From Chiloscyllium plagiosum (Eukaryota), in the NCBI RefSeq assembly GCF_004010195.1, contig NC_057751.1, positions 17,424,435 through 17,488,434 on the forward strand: a stretch of 64,000 nucleotides of DNA, given 5' to 3'. This document shows positions 49,330 to 62,970 of this stretch, piece after piece. The notes under the pieces are model-generated. The model saw only the letters and a program-made list of their open reading frames with translations. It searched no databases and was not told the DNA's origin. The position numbers and the translations under genes are program-made. How positions within the stretch are numbered: position 1 is the first letter of the stretch; every line of letters begins with the position of its first letter.

Positions 49330-51750
49330 TGGAATAGGGGGCAAATTATCGTTGAACTCATCCATACCGACCAGATATGCCCACTTGCATGTAAGCCCAC
49401 TTGCATGTAAGTCAAATTCCACTTAGACGTTTCCTATTCATAGACATATCAAGATGATATTTAAATGTTGTAATTGAACCAGTCTCCGTCACTTCCTCAA
49501 CCCTCTGCGTGAAAGCAGCTGCCTCTTACATCACTTTAAAATTTTTTCCCTCTCAACTTAAACTTATGCCTGTGGTGTTTGACTCCCTGCCTTGCGGGGG
49601 GGGAAAGAGAGAAAAGACCTTCCGCTATCCATGCCCTTCATGATTTTACAGATTGATCCAAGGAAATATAGACCCAATTTATTCAGCCTTTTCCTATAGC
49701 TCAAATCCTCCAACCATAGCAACAATCTTTTCTGCAAACGTTCAGGAGTAACAACATGTTTCTTAGAGCAGGGAGACCAAACTAAACGCAATGTACCGAA
49801 ACTGACCGAACCAATCTCCTGGAAGTCACAAAATGACATCCGATTTCCAGTATTAAATGTACTGATGAATCAAGGCAAGTACAACTAATGCCTTCGACAG
49901 GACCTTTTCCATCTGTGACTCCACCTTCAAGTGTCTATGGACCAGGACCACAATGTCTCTGTTCTCGGCAACACTCCACTGGTCCTCATCATGAAGTGCA
50001 GGAGTTTTGTTTTGATTTGCTATGGCAAAACTTAGCACTTCACATTAACCTGGGTTAAGCTGCATCTGCCATTCCTCACCCTATTGGCTATTTGAACAAT
50101 GACCCTCTGAGGTAACGTTCTTCACGGTCTACTATATTATGACTTTGTTAATAATCTGCAATCTTACTAACCGTCGCCCCGTATTCACATTTAAATCATA
50201 GACTCATCGAGTCTTGGAGACCTACAGCATGAAAACAGGCCATTTGGACCAACTTGAATATATTCCGCATTTTTAGGGGAACGACTTTCAATTGTCTGTA
50301 TTTGGTGGATATTTCTTCCATCCAAAATAGCTGAGTAAATGTTTCAGAAATGATGAATTTGTATTCAGTTCGGTAGATCCAGAAATAAATACAATGCCCA
50401 TAAGGACCCTTTTGTATCACTCACCCTTACCTTAAACCTATGCACTCTCGTTTTAGACTCCCATCCATTGGGAAACACTGTTGGATACCTACCTTATATA
50501 TGCCTCTCATGATTTACAGACCTCTATATTGTTTCCCCTCAGTCTCTTATGCTGCAGCGAAAAGACTCACAGCCGACGCAATCTTTCCTTATAAATCAAA
50601 TCGCCTATTATAGGCCACATGCTTGCTATTGTTTCGTGCACAGTTTCTAGTTTGTTAATATCCATTCCACAGCAGGGCGACCAGAACTGCATGCAGTACT
50701 CCAAATGTGGCCTCACCATCGTCTTGTACTGCTGCAACAAGACGTCCAGATTTCTATGCTCATTGCTCTGAGAGATGAAAGAAAGCATGCTGAAAACCTT
50801 CTTCATCACTCTGCCTACCAGTTACTCCACGTTCAAGGAGCTGAGAACCTCTACACCTTGATCTCGTTGGTCTATAAAACTCCATAGGTCTTTGCCATTC
50901 ACTGTGTAATCCTGCCCTGATTTGACCCATCAAAATGCAGCAGCTTGTATTTATCAAAATGAACTCCATCTGCCATTCCTGAGACCACTGGCCCAAATGA
51001 TGAAGATCTCGCTGCATTCGCAGATACCCTTCTTCACTGTCCAGTACATCATCAATCTTGCTTTCATTGGAAAACTTACCCTACATATCTCCAAAATGCT
51101 CATCCAAATCACTTATGCCAATGACGAAAAACAGTGGACTCAGCATCGAACCATATGTGAACCATTTGGTCACATGTCTCCTGTCTGAAAAACAACCATC
51201 CAACAACGCATTTTGCCTTCCAACGTTCAGCCAATTTTTTTTTTCCATTTTGCTTTTCGTGGAACCTGGAAATTTAATATTTCGTAACAGCCTACCATGT
51301 GATATATTGTCAAAGGCCTTGCTGAAGGCCATTTGGTCAATATCTACCACATTGCCCTCATCTACTTTCTTGCTCAATCGTTCAAAAATTCAATCATATT
51401 CGTAAGTCATAATTTCCCACACACAAAACCATGCTGACAATTCCAATTAAGTCCTTGCATATCCAAATACCTGTAAATCCTCTCTCTCTGAATCCCCTCT
51501 CACAACTTATACATCAGAATGGTAAACCTCACTGGTCTGTCGTTTCCCGGCACTTCCTACAGCCTTTCTGAAATGATGTTTCAGCATTCGTCACCCTCCA
51601 ATCTTCAGGAACTTCACCGGTGGTAGCTGATGATGGAAATACGTCTGCTAACGGCCATGCAATTTCCTCCCTCGTTACCCACAAAGTACAGGACTGTACG
51701 TTATTTGGTCCGGGGGATTTTTCTACTTTAAAACCAGGAGACCTTAAGAC
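49330..51750 (-). mobile_element. Degraded CR1 fragments (two or more)
   Basis: ORFs 50567-50809 (MVRPHLEYCMQFWSP), 51081-51377 (FSKAFDNISHG) and 51529-51798 (KSPGPNN..GEVPEDWRV). Confidence 0.88.
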
Positions 51751-52214
51751 ATAGTTGCAGAAATGAAGCCATTCAGCCCAAGGACGCTGCTCTGTCATTA
51801 AATCATGGTTGATAAGTTTCTCAACCCCATTCTCCCTCTTTTTTCCGTACCTTCGACCTCTTTTGCAATCAAGGACATATCTATCTCCATCTTAAATATA
51901 CTCAATGTCCTGGCCTCCACAGCCTTCTGTGGCGCTGAATTCCATTTATTACAATACGTTTTAAGACTTCCAACATTTCCTCTTCTGTAATGTGGACACT
52001 CTTCAAAATTTCGCCATTAAATTCCGCAAGTTCCCTCACATCCATCCCGAGCCATGGCTCTCCCAAATCCCCATCATCCCAACTTCACATCTTCATTCTC
52101 TTCACATTCCCCGTTACGTCCCTTACTATTATTCCCTATGAACGTACTGATTAATTTTTCAATCTTTCCAATCCAAACCTCTCTCGCCACTACTCTTCAC
52201 GTCTATCTGAGCCA

Positions 52215-53062
52215 TTTCATAGAGTCATAGAGAGGTACAGCATGGAAACAGACCCTTCAGTCCAACCTGTCCACGCCGACCAGATATCCCAACCCAATAT
52301 AGTCGCACCTGCCAGCACTGCCCCATACCCCTCCAAGCCCTTCATAATCATATATCCATCCAAATGCCTCTTAAATGATGCAATTGTACCAGCCTCCACC
52401 ACATCCTCTGGCAGCTCATTCCATACACGTACCACCCTCTGCGTGAAAAAGTTCCCCCTGAGGTCTCTTTTATATCGTTCCCCTGTCACCCTAAACCTAT
52501 GCCCTCTAGTTCTGGACTCCTTGATTCCAGGGAAAATATTTTGTCAATTTATCCTATCCATGCCCCTCATAATTTTGAAAACCTCTATAAGGTCATCCCT
52601 CAGCCTCCGACACTTCAGGTAAAATAGCCCCAGCCCATTCAGCCTCTCCCTATTGCTCATGTTCTCCAACCCTGGCAAAACCCTTGTAAATCTTTTCTGA
52701 ACCATTTCAAGTTTCACAACATTTTTCCGATAGGAAGGAGACCAGAATTGCACGCAATATTCCTACAGTGGCCTAACCAACGTCCTGTACAGCCGCAAAA
52801 TGACCTCTCAACTCCTTTACTCAATACTCTGACCAATAAAGGAACGCATACCAAAACGCCTTCTTCACTATCCTATCTACCTGCGACTCCAATTTCAAGA
52901 AGTTATGAACCTGCGCTCCAAGATCTCTTTGTTCAGGACCTTACCATTAACTGTATAAGTCCTGCTAAGACTTCCTTTCACAAAATGCTGCCCCTCGCAT
53001 TTATCTGAATTAAACTCCATCTGCCAATTTTGAGCCCATTGGCCCATCTGGTCCAGATCTTG
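52215..53062 (-). mobile_element. CR1 3' fragment
   Basis: ORFs 52217-52489 (GNFFTQRVVRVWNELP) and 52544-52753; catagagt tail. Confidence 0.93.
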
Positions 53063-53610
53063 CTGTTTGTGCCGAACAGTTATTCGTTCCACACGACAGC
53101 ATCAGATCCCTCACTCAACGTCATTAGCATTTGTCTATCAGTCCTTGTATCTCCATAGCTCATAATTTTCTGCTTTTCTCTCTGGACGTCCTTCAATTTT
53201 TCTTTTCCGCCTTTCCCATTCTTCTTTCCTTCTATGTTTCTCTCCTGCGTTCTCTCTTGACATGAGTGTTTTTTTTACTCTCTGTCTTCTACCTGTTTCT
53301 CGCTCTAGGTTTCTCTGGATGTCTTTCTTTCTGCACTTTCTTTCCATTCCTAGGTTTTCTGCCTGTCTGTCTTGATTTTCCCTCTGTGACTCACAGCCTA
53401 TCTCCGTGTATTTTCTGATCAGTCAATATTTTCATCCCAGGACTCTCTCTCTGTCTGGCTCTTTGTTCCCCAGATGCCTGCCTTGCTTCCTTGGTATGTG
53501 TTCTCTTTCTCTGCTTGACATTTGTTCTCTGCTTTCTCGCAACATTCTGCATCTCCTTCCTTTTTTTTATTCTCCCTCTTTTTGTACATTGCAGTATCTC
53601 TCTCTCTCTA

Positions 53611-53672
<62 letters not shown>
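53611..53672. repeat. (ATCT)n microsatellite within a pyrimidine-rich tract (~53160-53700)
   Basis: Perfect tatc repeats. Confidence 0.98.
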
Positions 53673-53673
<1 letters not shown>

Positions 53674-53861
53674 TCCTTCACCCCCTTCTTTCCTGAGTTA
53701 CTTGCCCTCTCGGCGAATAAAACAGTTTTTTTAACTAAAGGTGAGGCAGATGATGCCTGGGAACTGGGAACGTATTCTTCATTCTCTCTGTCAATTAAAC
53801 AGTCAGTGTATCCCTGCACCTTCTGATTTTGTCCTCCATTGTGAATGACAGAGGTTAGAAG

Positions 53862-54755
53862 CCACACAACTCCAGGTTATGTTTGTTTATTTAAAATCGC
53901 AAGTTTTCGAAGCACTTTCCCTTCTTCAGGTGAAGTATAGAGAGGCACATCGGCCAAAACTTTATATCAGAGAAATCATAAGATCACACGAATGATGTGA
54001 GGCCAATGTCGACAGGTTGAATATTAAGTTTGTCCAGGGACACAAAAGTATGAGGAAAGTGTCAACAGATAAACAAGTTTCCATACTGTAAGCAATCTAA
54101 TCTAAGTGAAGGGATAAACTATAATCGAATTGATTGAGGCAGAAAGAGAATTAGGAAAAAAACCCAAAAATAAGGTGTTGCCGGAGACAAATTATAAGCT
54201 GCAATTACGTGATAGATATAAGAGTTGAAGGCCAAGAGCCTCGGCAAAATAATCAAGTAATCCAAAACTGTGCTATCCAGTGAAGGTAGATAGATCATAA
54301 CAGAATACCAAAAAGATTTTGTTGACAAAGGACAGTAAGGAAATTTTTTTCAGACACAAAACAGTACTCGTAAGTTACAAGCAGTGCGACATCACCACAA
54401 CATCATGGTGGAGGCCGTCTTCTTGTCTACGGAACTTGGCTTTCATGCCTGCTAGCCGATTCTGTGTTAATGTGTACCTCGAAGGGCACTTTTGAGGACG
54501 CTTACCTGAACTTTGAGGATGAGTGCCTTTGATTGCTGAAATGCTTCCCAAATGGTAGGGAGCATTCCTGGTTAGCAATTGTCACGTGATATCCATTAGT
54601 CTACTGTCGTTCTGTCTGCCTGGTCTCGCCCATATACTGTGCCTCGGGGTATCTTTGCTTGCAGCTCGAGGTAGACATTTTCCGAGTCACACGAACATCT
54701 GTTTTGTATGTGGTGGATCGCGTTCACACATGTGATGCCACTACGCATATCGAGG
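53862..54755 (-). mobile_element. Penelope-like element 3' part: GIY-YIG endonuclease remnant plus terminal repeat with a degenerate hammerhead
   Basis: The minus strand gives CSCDSENVYL..CKQRYPEAQYMGETRQTERQ*TNG (GIY-YIG), and cacCTGAAGAagggaaagtgcttcGAAAactt at 53897-53932. Confidence 0.8.
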
Positions 54756-55689
54756 AACCATGGAAATCATCTCGTTATTGCCTAGGGATTTACTTCCTAT
54801 CTGTTTCCTTTCCATAATTTTACTCTCCCTGGTGAATTGCAACTTGCTGTGCATAAAAATGGTCAACTATAAAACCAATCTTTCTCTGCAGTGGCTCAGT
54901 GGGGTTGATGGGGAAGAGGTGGGAGTGGCAAGGTAAGTCTCTTTGAAGAATAGGGAAGTAGATTACCCTTTATGCACGGCAACCCTTTATACACTCTCAT
55001 TGCCAGTGACGAAAGGGATGCTTGTTGATTGGGCACTTGCTGTAAAATGGCCAGTTCATCTCTCCGCATGCAGTCTGTGCCCGTAACCACAAGAATTGGC
55101 ACTCAGTGAGGTGAAATAATGTTATGTAATAGAATCAGAGGGGAATTTGTGTATGGTGGGTATGTAAGGGAGGAACTACAGAGAGGGCAATTAGGAAACA
55201 ATGAGACAGTAGTGGAGGCAGGTATGTCTGGAAGAAGGAAAACATGGAGAGTGGTACAAAATTTGACATTAGTTTGTCAGCTATTTCTTTCTGGCCTCTT
55301 ATAAATTCACCAATATCTGACTGTCAGGAACAGAGGTTAGTTTTGACCAAATTTTCTCTTTATATACCTTTAAGAACTCTTCAGAGGATCGGTGTAAACT
55401 TATTGGGTAAAGTAGCCTGTTTCCACACTAATCTAATCCAAAACAATGTTGTAGATTTTGTCCCCTGTTCCTGCATGTTTGCAATTATAGTCTATTTCAA
55501 ATCCCAATCAAATCCCTGGTCATCCTTTGCTGAATTCTCGACTGCTTCCAATTCTTGGCAGTGTGGACTATACAAATTCCCCGTTTGCCTGCCGTCTCTT
55601 TTCATACCTAATACCTTGTGACCCTTCGTTTCGCGCCTGTTTTCTTCGCATTCGTGCTCCAGACTGACTTAACTCAAACCTGTACAAAG

Positions 55690-58600
55690 TAATAAAGTAA
55701 TTAACTAAGTAGAGATGGCTGGTCAGGTGGTGTGCTGTAGCTGTATGATGTGGGAGCTGGCTGATCCCATTGTGAATGGCAGTGACCACATCTGCAGCAA
55801 GTGTTGGTTGCTGGAAGAATTCCGGATCAGAGTTGATGATCTGGAATCTGAGCTTCAAACACTGCGGCGCATCCGGGAGGGGGAGAGTTACCTGGACACT
55901 TTGTTTCACGAGGCAGTCACACCTGGGAGATTAGGTAATTCACATCCAGTTAGTGATCAGGGACATCAGAGTGTGACTGTAAGTGAGGCAGGTAGGGGGA
56001 AACCTGAGTTCAGGAGTGCAGGAGCCTCAGCCCTTGACCTTGTCCAACAGGTATGAGATTCTTGTTCCCTGTACAGATGAGGAAAAGGGCTCTGGACAGG
56101 ATGAGCCAGCTGACCACGGCACCATGGTGCAGACAAGTAGTTGTTATAGGGGATTCTATAATTAGGGGGACAGATAGTATCCTTTGCAAGCCGGTTCGGG
56201 AGTATCGCATGGTGTGTTGCCTGCCCGGTTCAGGACATCTCTGACCGGCTTGAAAGGATATTGGAGCGGGAAGGGGAGGATCCAGTTGTTGTGGTCCACA
56301 TTGGGACTAACAACATAGGCAAAGGTAGGGTGGAGGACCTGTTTGGGGATTATCGAGCACTAGGAAGGAAATTAAAGTACAGGTCATTAAGGGTCATAAT
56401 CTCCGGATTACTGCCCGAGCCACGTGCTTATTGGCATAATGATAAGAAAATTAGGGAAATAATTTTCCCGTGGCTAAGGGATTGGTGTGGGAAAGAGGGA
56501 TTCCACGTCATGAGGCATTGGCATCAGTTTTGGAACCGGGGGGATCTGTACCATTGGGACGGTCTCCACCTGAACCGATCAGGTGCCAATGTTCGAGCGA
56601 AGAGTATAAATAGAGTGGTCAGTAGGACTTTAAACTTCTGAGTTGGGGGGAAGGGAAAGAGAAAGCGACAGGGAGCATGGAGTTAAATGGAAAGATTAGC
56701 GACAAGATAGCATATGTGCAGGCAGATTTAAACTTGAGACAGACTGGGAATGCAGCAAAAAGGAAGGATAACTTAGGACATCTTATGACTTCCAATATCT
56801 CTAATGATAATAAAGTTAACGTTAAGGCACTTTACCTGAATGCTCGTAGCATTCATAACAAAGCAGACGAACTAATGGCACAGAATATCGTGAATGATTA
56901 TGATGTGGTAGGCATCACAGAGACGTGGTTACAGGGGGATCAGGACTGGCAGTTAAACATCCAAGGGTTTTCAACTTATCGAAAAGACAGGGAGGTGGGC
57001 AGGCGGGGGGGTTGCCTTGTTAGTTAAGAACAAAATTAAATCGATGGTGCTGAATGACATAGCGTCGGATGATGTGGAGTCTGTGTGGGTGCAATTGAGG
57101 AACCACAAAGGCAAAAAAACCATAGTGGGAGTTATGTACAGACCTCGTAACAGTGGTCAGGACTGGGGCGCAACATGTACCGGGAAATAGAGAAGGCATG
57201 TCAGAAAGGCAAGGTCACAGTGATCATGGGAGACTTCAATATGCAGTTGGACTGGGTAAATTATGTTGCCAGTGGATCCAAAGAAAGGGAATTCATGGAA
57301 TGCTTACAGTATGGCTTTTTGGAACAGCTTGTCATGGAGCCCACAAGGGAGCAGGCTATTCTGGCCCTAGTGCTATGTAATGAACCAGACTTTTTAAAAA
57401 ATCTTAAAGTAAGGGAACACGTAGGAACCAGCGATCATAATATAGTAGAGTTCAGTCTGCAGTTTGAAAGAGAGAAGGCAAAATCGGATGTAATGGTGTT
57501 ACAGTTAAATAAAGGTAAATATGAGTGCATGAGAGAGGAACTGACGAAAATAGACTGGAAGCAGAGCCTAGCAGGGAAGACAGTAGAGCAAAAATGGCAG
57601 GAGTTTGTGGGTATAATTGAGGACACTGTACAGAGGTTCATCCCCAAGAAGAGAAAGATTATCCGGGGAGGGCTTAGACAGCCATGGCTGACAAAGGAAG
57701 TCAGGAAATCTATCAAAGATAAAGAGAGAGCCTATAAAGTGGCCAAGAGCACTGGGAAATCAGAAGATTGGGAAGGCTACAAAAACAAACAGAGGATAAC
57801 AAAAAGAGAAATAAGGAAGAGGAGGATCAAATATGAAGGTAGGCTAGCTAGTAATATTAGAAATGATAGTAAAAGTCTCTTTCAATACATAAGAAACAAA
57901 CGACAGGCAAGAGTAGACTTTGGGCCACTTCAAACTGATGCTGGAAGCCTAGTGATGTGAGGTAAGGAAATAGCAGGATAACTTAATAAGTACTTTGCGT
58001 CAGTCTTCACAGTGGAAGACATGAGTAATGTCCCAACAATTAAAGGGAGTCAGGGGGCTGAGTTGAGTATGGTTGCCATTACAAAAGAGAAACTGCCAGA
58101 AAAGCTAAAAGGTCTTAGAATTGATAAATCTCCTGGCCCTGATGGGTTACATCCTAGAGTTCTGAGGGAGGTGGCTGAGGAAATAGCGGAGGCATTGGTT
58201 GAGATCTTTCAAAAGTCACTGGAGTCAGGGAAAGTCCCAGATGATTGGAAGATCGCTGTTGTAACCCCCTTGTTCAAGAAAGGATCAAGGCAAAAGATGC
58301 AAAATTATAGGCCAATCAGCCTAACCTCGGTTGTTGGTAAAAATCTAGAATCCATCATTAAGGATGAGATTTCTAAATTCTTGGAAGAGCAGGGTCGGAT
58401 TAGAACAAGTCGTGCCTGACAAACCTGTTGGAGTTCTTTGAAGAGGTGACAAGTAGGTTAGACCGGGGAAACTCAGTGAATGTAGTCTACCTAGACTTCC
58501 AAAAGGCCTTTGAAAAGGTGCCACATGGGAGGCTGCTGAACAAGGTGAGGGCCCATGGTGTTCGAGGTGAGCTACTGGTATGGATTGAGGATTGGCTGTC

Positions 58601-59439
58601 TGACAGGAGGCAGAGAGTTTGGATAAAAGATTCTTTTTCCGAATGGCAGCCGGTGACAAGCGGTGTCCCGCAGGGTTCAGTGTTGGGGCCGCAGCTGTTC
58701 ACATATATATTAATGATCTGGATGAAGGGACTGGGGGCATTCTACCGAAGTTTGCCGATGATGCAAAGTAAGGTGGACAGGCAGGTAGTACTGAGGAAGT
58801 GGGGAGGCTGCAGAAGGATCTAGACAGTTTGGAGGAGTGGTCCAGGAAATGGTTGATGGAATTCAATGTGAGCAAGTGTGAGGTCTTGCACTTTGGGAAA
58901 AAGAATAGAAGCATGGGTTACTTTCTAAACGGTGAGAAAATTCGTAAAGCCAAGGTACAGAGGGATCTGGGAGTGCTAGTTGAGGATTCTCTAAAGGTAA
59001 ACATGCAGGTTGAGTCCGTGATTAAGAAAGCNNNNNNNNNNNNNNNNNNNNNNNNNNNNNNNNNNNNNNNNNNNNNNNNNNNNNNNNNNNNNNNNNNNNN
59101 NNNNGCTAGGAAATTGTTTCCGTTAGGTGAGGAGACCAGGACCCGTGGACACAGCCTTAGAATTAGAGGGGGTAAATTCAGAACAGAAATGCGGAGACAT
59201 TTCTTCAGCCAGAGAGTGGTGGGCCTGTGGAATTCATTGCCACAGAGTGCAGTGGAGGCTGGGACTCTAAATGTCTTCAAGGCAGAAATTGATAAATTCT
59301 TGATGTCACAATGAATTAAGGGCTGCGGGGAGAATGCGGGTAAGTGGAGTTGAAATGCCCATCAGCCATGATTGAATGGCAGAGTAGACTAGATGGGCCG
59401 AATGGCCTTGCTTCCGCTTCTATGTCTTATGGTCTTATG
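55690..59439 (+). mobile_element. Near full-length CR1 LINE (ORF1 zinc finger plus SGNH esterase; ORF2 EN-RT) with frameshifts and an assembly gap
   Basis: ORF1: CCSCMMW..CSKCWLL, VIGDSIIRG, VHIGTNN, DGLHLN. ORF2: LYLNARSI, GITETW, MGDFN, SDHN, DFQKAFEKVPH, SGVPQGSVLGP, KFADD. (tcttatgg)n tail. Confidence 0.97.
59032..59104. other. Assembly gap (73 N)
   Basis: Run of N. Confidence 1.
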
Positions 59440-60844
59440 GAAAAGTTTTGTTGTTCACTCGTTCATTCTTCGAAAGTGTATCAGTGTCTATCCACTGTCA
59501 TTTCGTTCGGTAACATTTGCCAAACAATAACAGCCAACTCACTCCTGTAATATTGCAGTTTATCTTATTTAGTTTCAGGGTACTAGTCGTATAATCAACT
59601 ACCTCAATCTCCATTGTGATCAAGAATTCTATCATATTCTCATGTCTCCGAGGCAATTCTCGTATCTATGTTTCCAATTATTCTTTCCTCATTGCGTAAC
59701 ATAAAATCTAAGATGTCCTGTTCTCCAATTGTTCTCCTAAACTGCCCGAGAGTACAGACTCTTGGAATCCCTCCTGTACAAGATTGTGATTAATTTGGTT
59801 CGCCCAATCTTTAAGCAGGTTAATTCGACCAGATTTACAGTTGAGTCTTAACCGCATACATCACTGCTTTCTTTTTTAATGCCGACCCAACATGAGCACT
59901 TCAGTTTGGCGGTCTATATGCCAACACTATTTATATTTTGTTTTTGCATTTTTGTGTTTGTCAATTCTATCTGCATAAATTTTACACTGTTCCAACTCAA
60001 ATGTTATGTCAATATCCTCTGTTAGTAGGAATACAGCTCCATCATCAATTATTTTTCCCCTAATCTTTCGAAATACTGAGTAACCTTAGATGGTCAGTTC
60101 CCACCTCTGGTCAGCCTCCATCATGTCTCGATAATTGCAACTGTCACAAATGTTTATTTTTTTCGGAATAATTTGTTCATCCACTTTCTTTCGAATGCCT
60201 GATAAGTTCAGGCACAAATTTGTGAAGCGAGTTTTAAAATTTTTTTTCGCTTTGTTTCTCCTTTTTGTTTGTGTGTTAGATGTGATGTCTACATTCCTAT
60301 GACTGTGGGTTTCCCAATTCCTCTTTCTGTCTTCTGTTTTTAATCCAGAATTGTCATTCTCGGATTCCTTGAAGAGGGTCCCATCACCCTTCCAATTTAG
60401 TTGAACCTCTCCCCAATCACTGGCAAACGCATCTCCTCAGGTATCAGCTCTATCCTGCCATTTGGTAACTGGTTAAAAATCCCTGTGAACAAGATTTCAC
60501 ACCACAGAGTTTGGAAACCCTGTGCTCATCCGATCTCATTATCACATGTTCTGCCCACACAACCTACTAATTTGCAACTGACCAGCGTGTCGATTGGGCA
60601 GTAATCCTGTTGTCATTAGTGTAATGACACTCGTTTTTAACTTGCTCCCAAAATACCAATTTTCGAAACTTAAGGCTCATAATTCTTGTATTCACCTTTT
60701 TTATGGTCCATGACGACAGGCTGCAGGTGAAATGCTTCAGCATGTGCTGTAACTTCGCTGTGCCATCTCTGACGCAAAAAAACAGGGAGGTAACTTTCTA
60801 ACTTAGATCTCGTATGTAACTACAGAAATGCCAATGCTTATTCT

Positions 60845-61800
60845 TTTGTTGGGCTCAGGCATCGCTGGCTGGCCAGCATATTACTTCCTGTCCAAAAATG
60901 CCTTTCTGAAATTCGTGGTCAGCTACCATTGTAAACTGTTGCAGTTCATACATCGCACGTTAGGAGATAAATCCAACATTTTGACCCAGCAACAGCAATA
61001 TGTTTCCAAGTCAGGTGATGTTTAGTTCAGAGGGATCTCAAGTGATCATGGTTTTAGAAAGTGATATCTCAGGATCTGTGGTGAATTTTCGCATTGAATT
61101 TTGTAGAGAGGAAACACTGCAGCAACTAATTGACAGTGATTGAGGCTGTCGATATTTATGTGCCAGTCTATCAGGATGCTTCGGACTGGGTGATATCAAA
61201 TTTCTCCAGTGTTGTTGGAGTACAAACATCAAGGTAAGTGGCGAGTATTCTATTGCATTCCTGGCTTGTGTAAGTAGATAATGGACAAACCTCATTGAAT
61301 TAGCAAGTGTGTTAGTTGCTGCAGTATTCCTAGCCACTGACTTGCTCTTGTCGGCACTGCATTTACGTAATGTTTGCTCTTGATTTTCTGGTCAATGTTG
61401 ACCGCAAAGAAGTTCCTCGCAGAGGATTCAGTGATGGTAACACCACTGATTATGTCAAAGATGATAATTATGTGTTACTTATACAGCGCAAAGGTTAATT
61501 GTCACTTGTCAGCCCAAACACAAATATTTTGCCAAACCTATTGCATTTGAGCAATGACGACTTCACTATTTGAGAAGACATGAATGGTGCTGAACAATCT
61601 TCGGTGAAAATAGTAGTTTTGACGTTATGACAGAGAGAATACATTTGATGAAGCAAGTGAAGATGGTTGGGCCAAGGACACTACCCTAAGGAACTTTTGC
61701 AGTGATGTCCTGCAATGCAGATAACTGACCTCGAAGAACCAGCCTGGAATTTGCCTCCTGATACCACTGATTTCAGTTTTGATCAGGCTCCTCGATTGTG
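60845..61800 (-). mobile_element. Old non-LTR retrotransposon 3' fragment (family uncertain)
   Basis: Minus-strand ARNAIEYSPL-type RT C-terminal motif (ORF 61038-61337) and a ggcatcgctggctggccagcat terminal motif. Confidence 0.55.
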
Positions 61801-62970
61801 CTCAACTGCACTCAATCTTCCATAATCTTTGCTGACGTTCATTTTAAGATGCCGCGATGCAAGGCATTCGGTGCAGGAAGCTCATTCATCTTTAGTCCTC
61901 TTAGTTGTCAGGGTATAATCACAGAACTACTACATCTCAGAAAGAGGCCATTTCGACTGTTCAGCCTGCATCTAAATTTCAGAAGAGTATTGTTACATCG
62001 TGCCAATCTCCTGCTATCTCCCAGATTTTCGCAGTACATACCCGTCCAGAAAGGTCAGTGCAATGCATATTCTCCACAGCAAAAACGATTGTTTTCAATT
62101 ACTTCTCCAGAGTTGATATCTGATTTTGTATTCGTTTGTGCATTTTATAATGCTTCCGTCTACAAAGACAGATATGGAGTATTTGTTCAATATCAACACC
62201 AAATCCTCCTTGCAATTATTAATACCCCAGTTCCACCTTGCATAGATGAATAATTCCTTTCTCTGCTGTCATTGTTTCTTTTTCATGTAGGAACTCTTTT
62301 CGAAATATTACTTGCCAGTATATATATGCATCCTACTTTCTGCACTCCCCATTCCTGCATCTTTTTTTCAAATCATCATTTGCTCGTTTAAAATTCTTTC
62401 CAATCTTATAAAAGTTAGCTTCACAGCATTGACCTCAACTGTGTCCTCCATGATGCGATCCTTACATTCCATACTTATTCACATATAGTACACCCTATTC
62501 GTAATCCTGTGTGTGTTTATGAATGTAATAAAATGTCTTCCTTAACTTCCTGTACTGCTTGTTTAACATGCTAATCTTGCACTTATTGATTTTCTCGTCT
62601 AGAGTAACCAACGATTATTTAAGGGCATTGTATTTCCTTTAAGTAAGATTAAGACACCAGGTTCCAACTTATGTTTCTCACTCTCAAACCACGTGTCATT
62701 TCATCATGTTATGACCACTCATGAGAAGTGCATCCGTTAAGACTTTCTCGTGTTTGTACTCATGCAGCCTTCCACACATGGGAAATTATACAAAATCATA
62801 GGTATTGGCTCCGGAATCATGTACCAATGCAAAGAGATGAATTCTCAGGTGAAAGGGCCAGGCGAAATAAGTTTGGTTGACAGGTGTCAGCATATCAGAC
62901 CATAAGCCATATTGATTGCAGCGAAAATTATTCAGTATACGTTTCTGGTGGAGAAAAACTTCAATTGGTC

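Noticed and set aside
48620..53700. (AGAT)n with purine-rich flanks versus (ATCT)n with pyrimidine-rich flanks, as a possible large inverted repeat
   Set aside because: The flanks do not align when reverse-complemented. The YLSI-repeat ORFs are microsatellite translations.
61798..62253. 151-aa plus-strand ORF
   Set aside because: It has a non-ATG start, no recognisable motif, and overlaps decayed repeat sequence.
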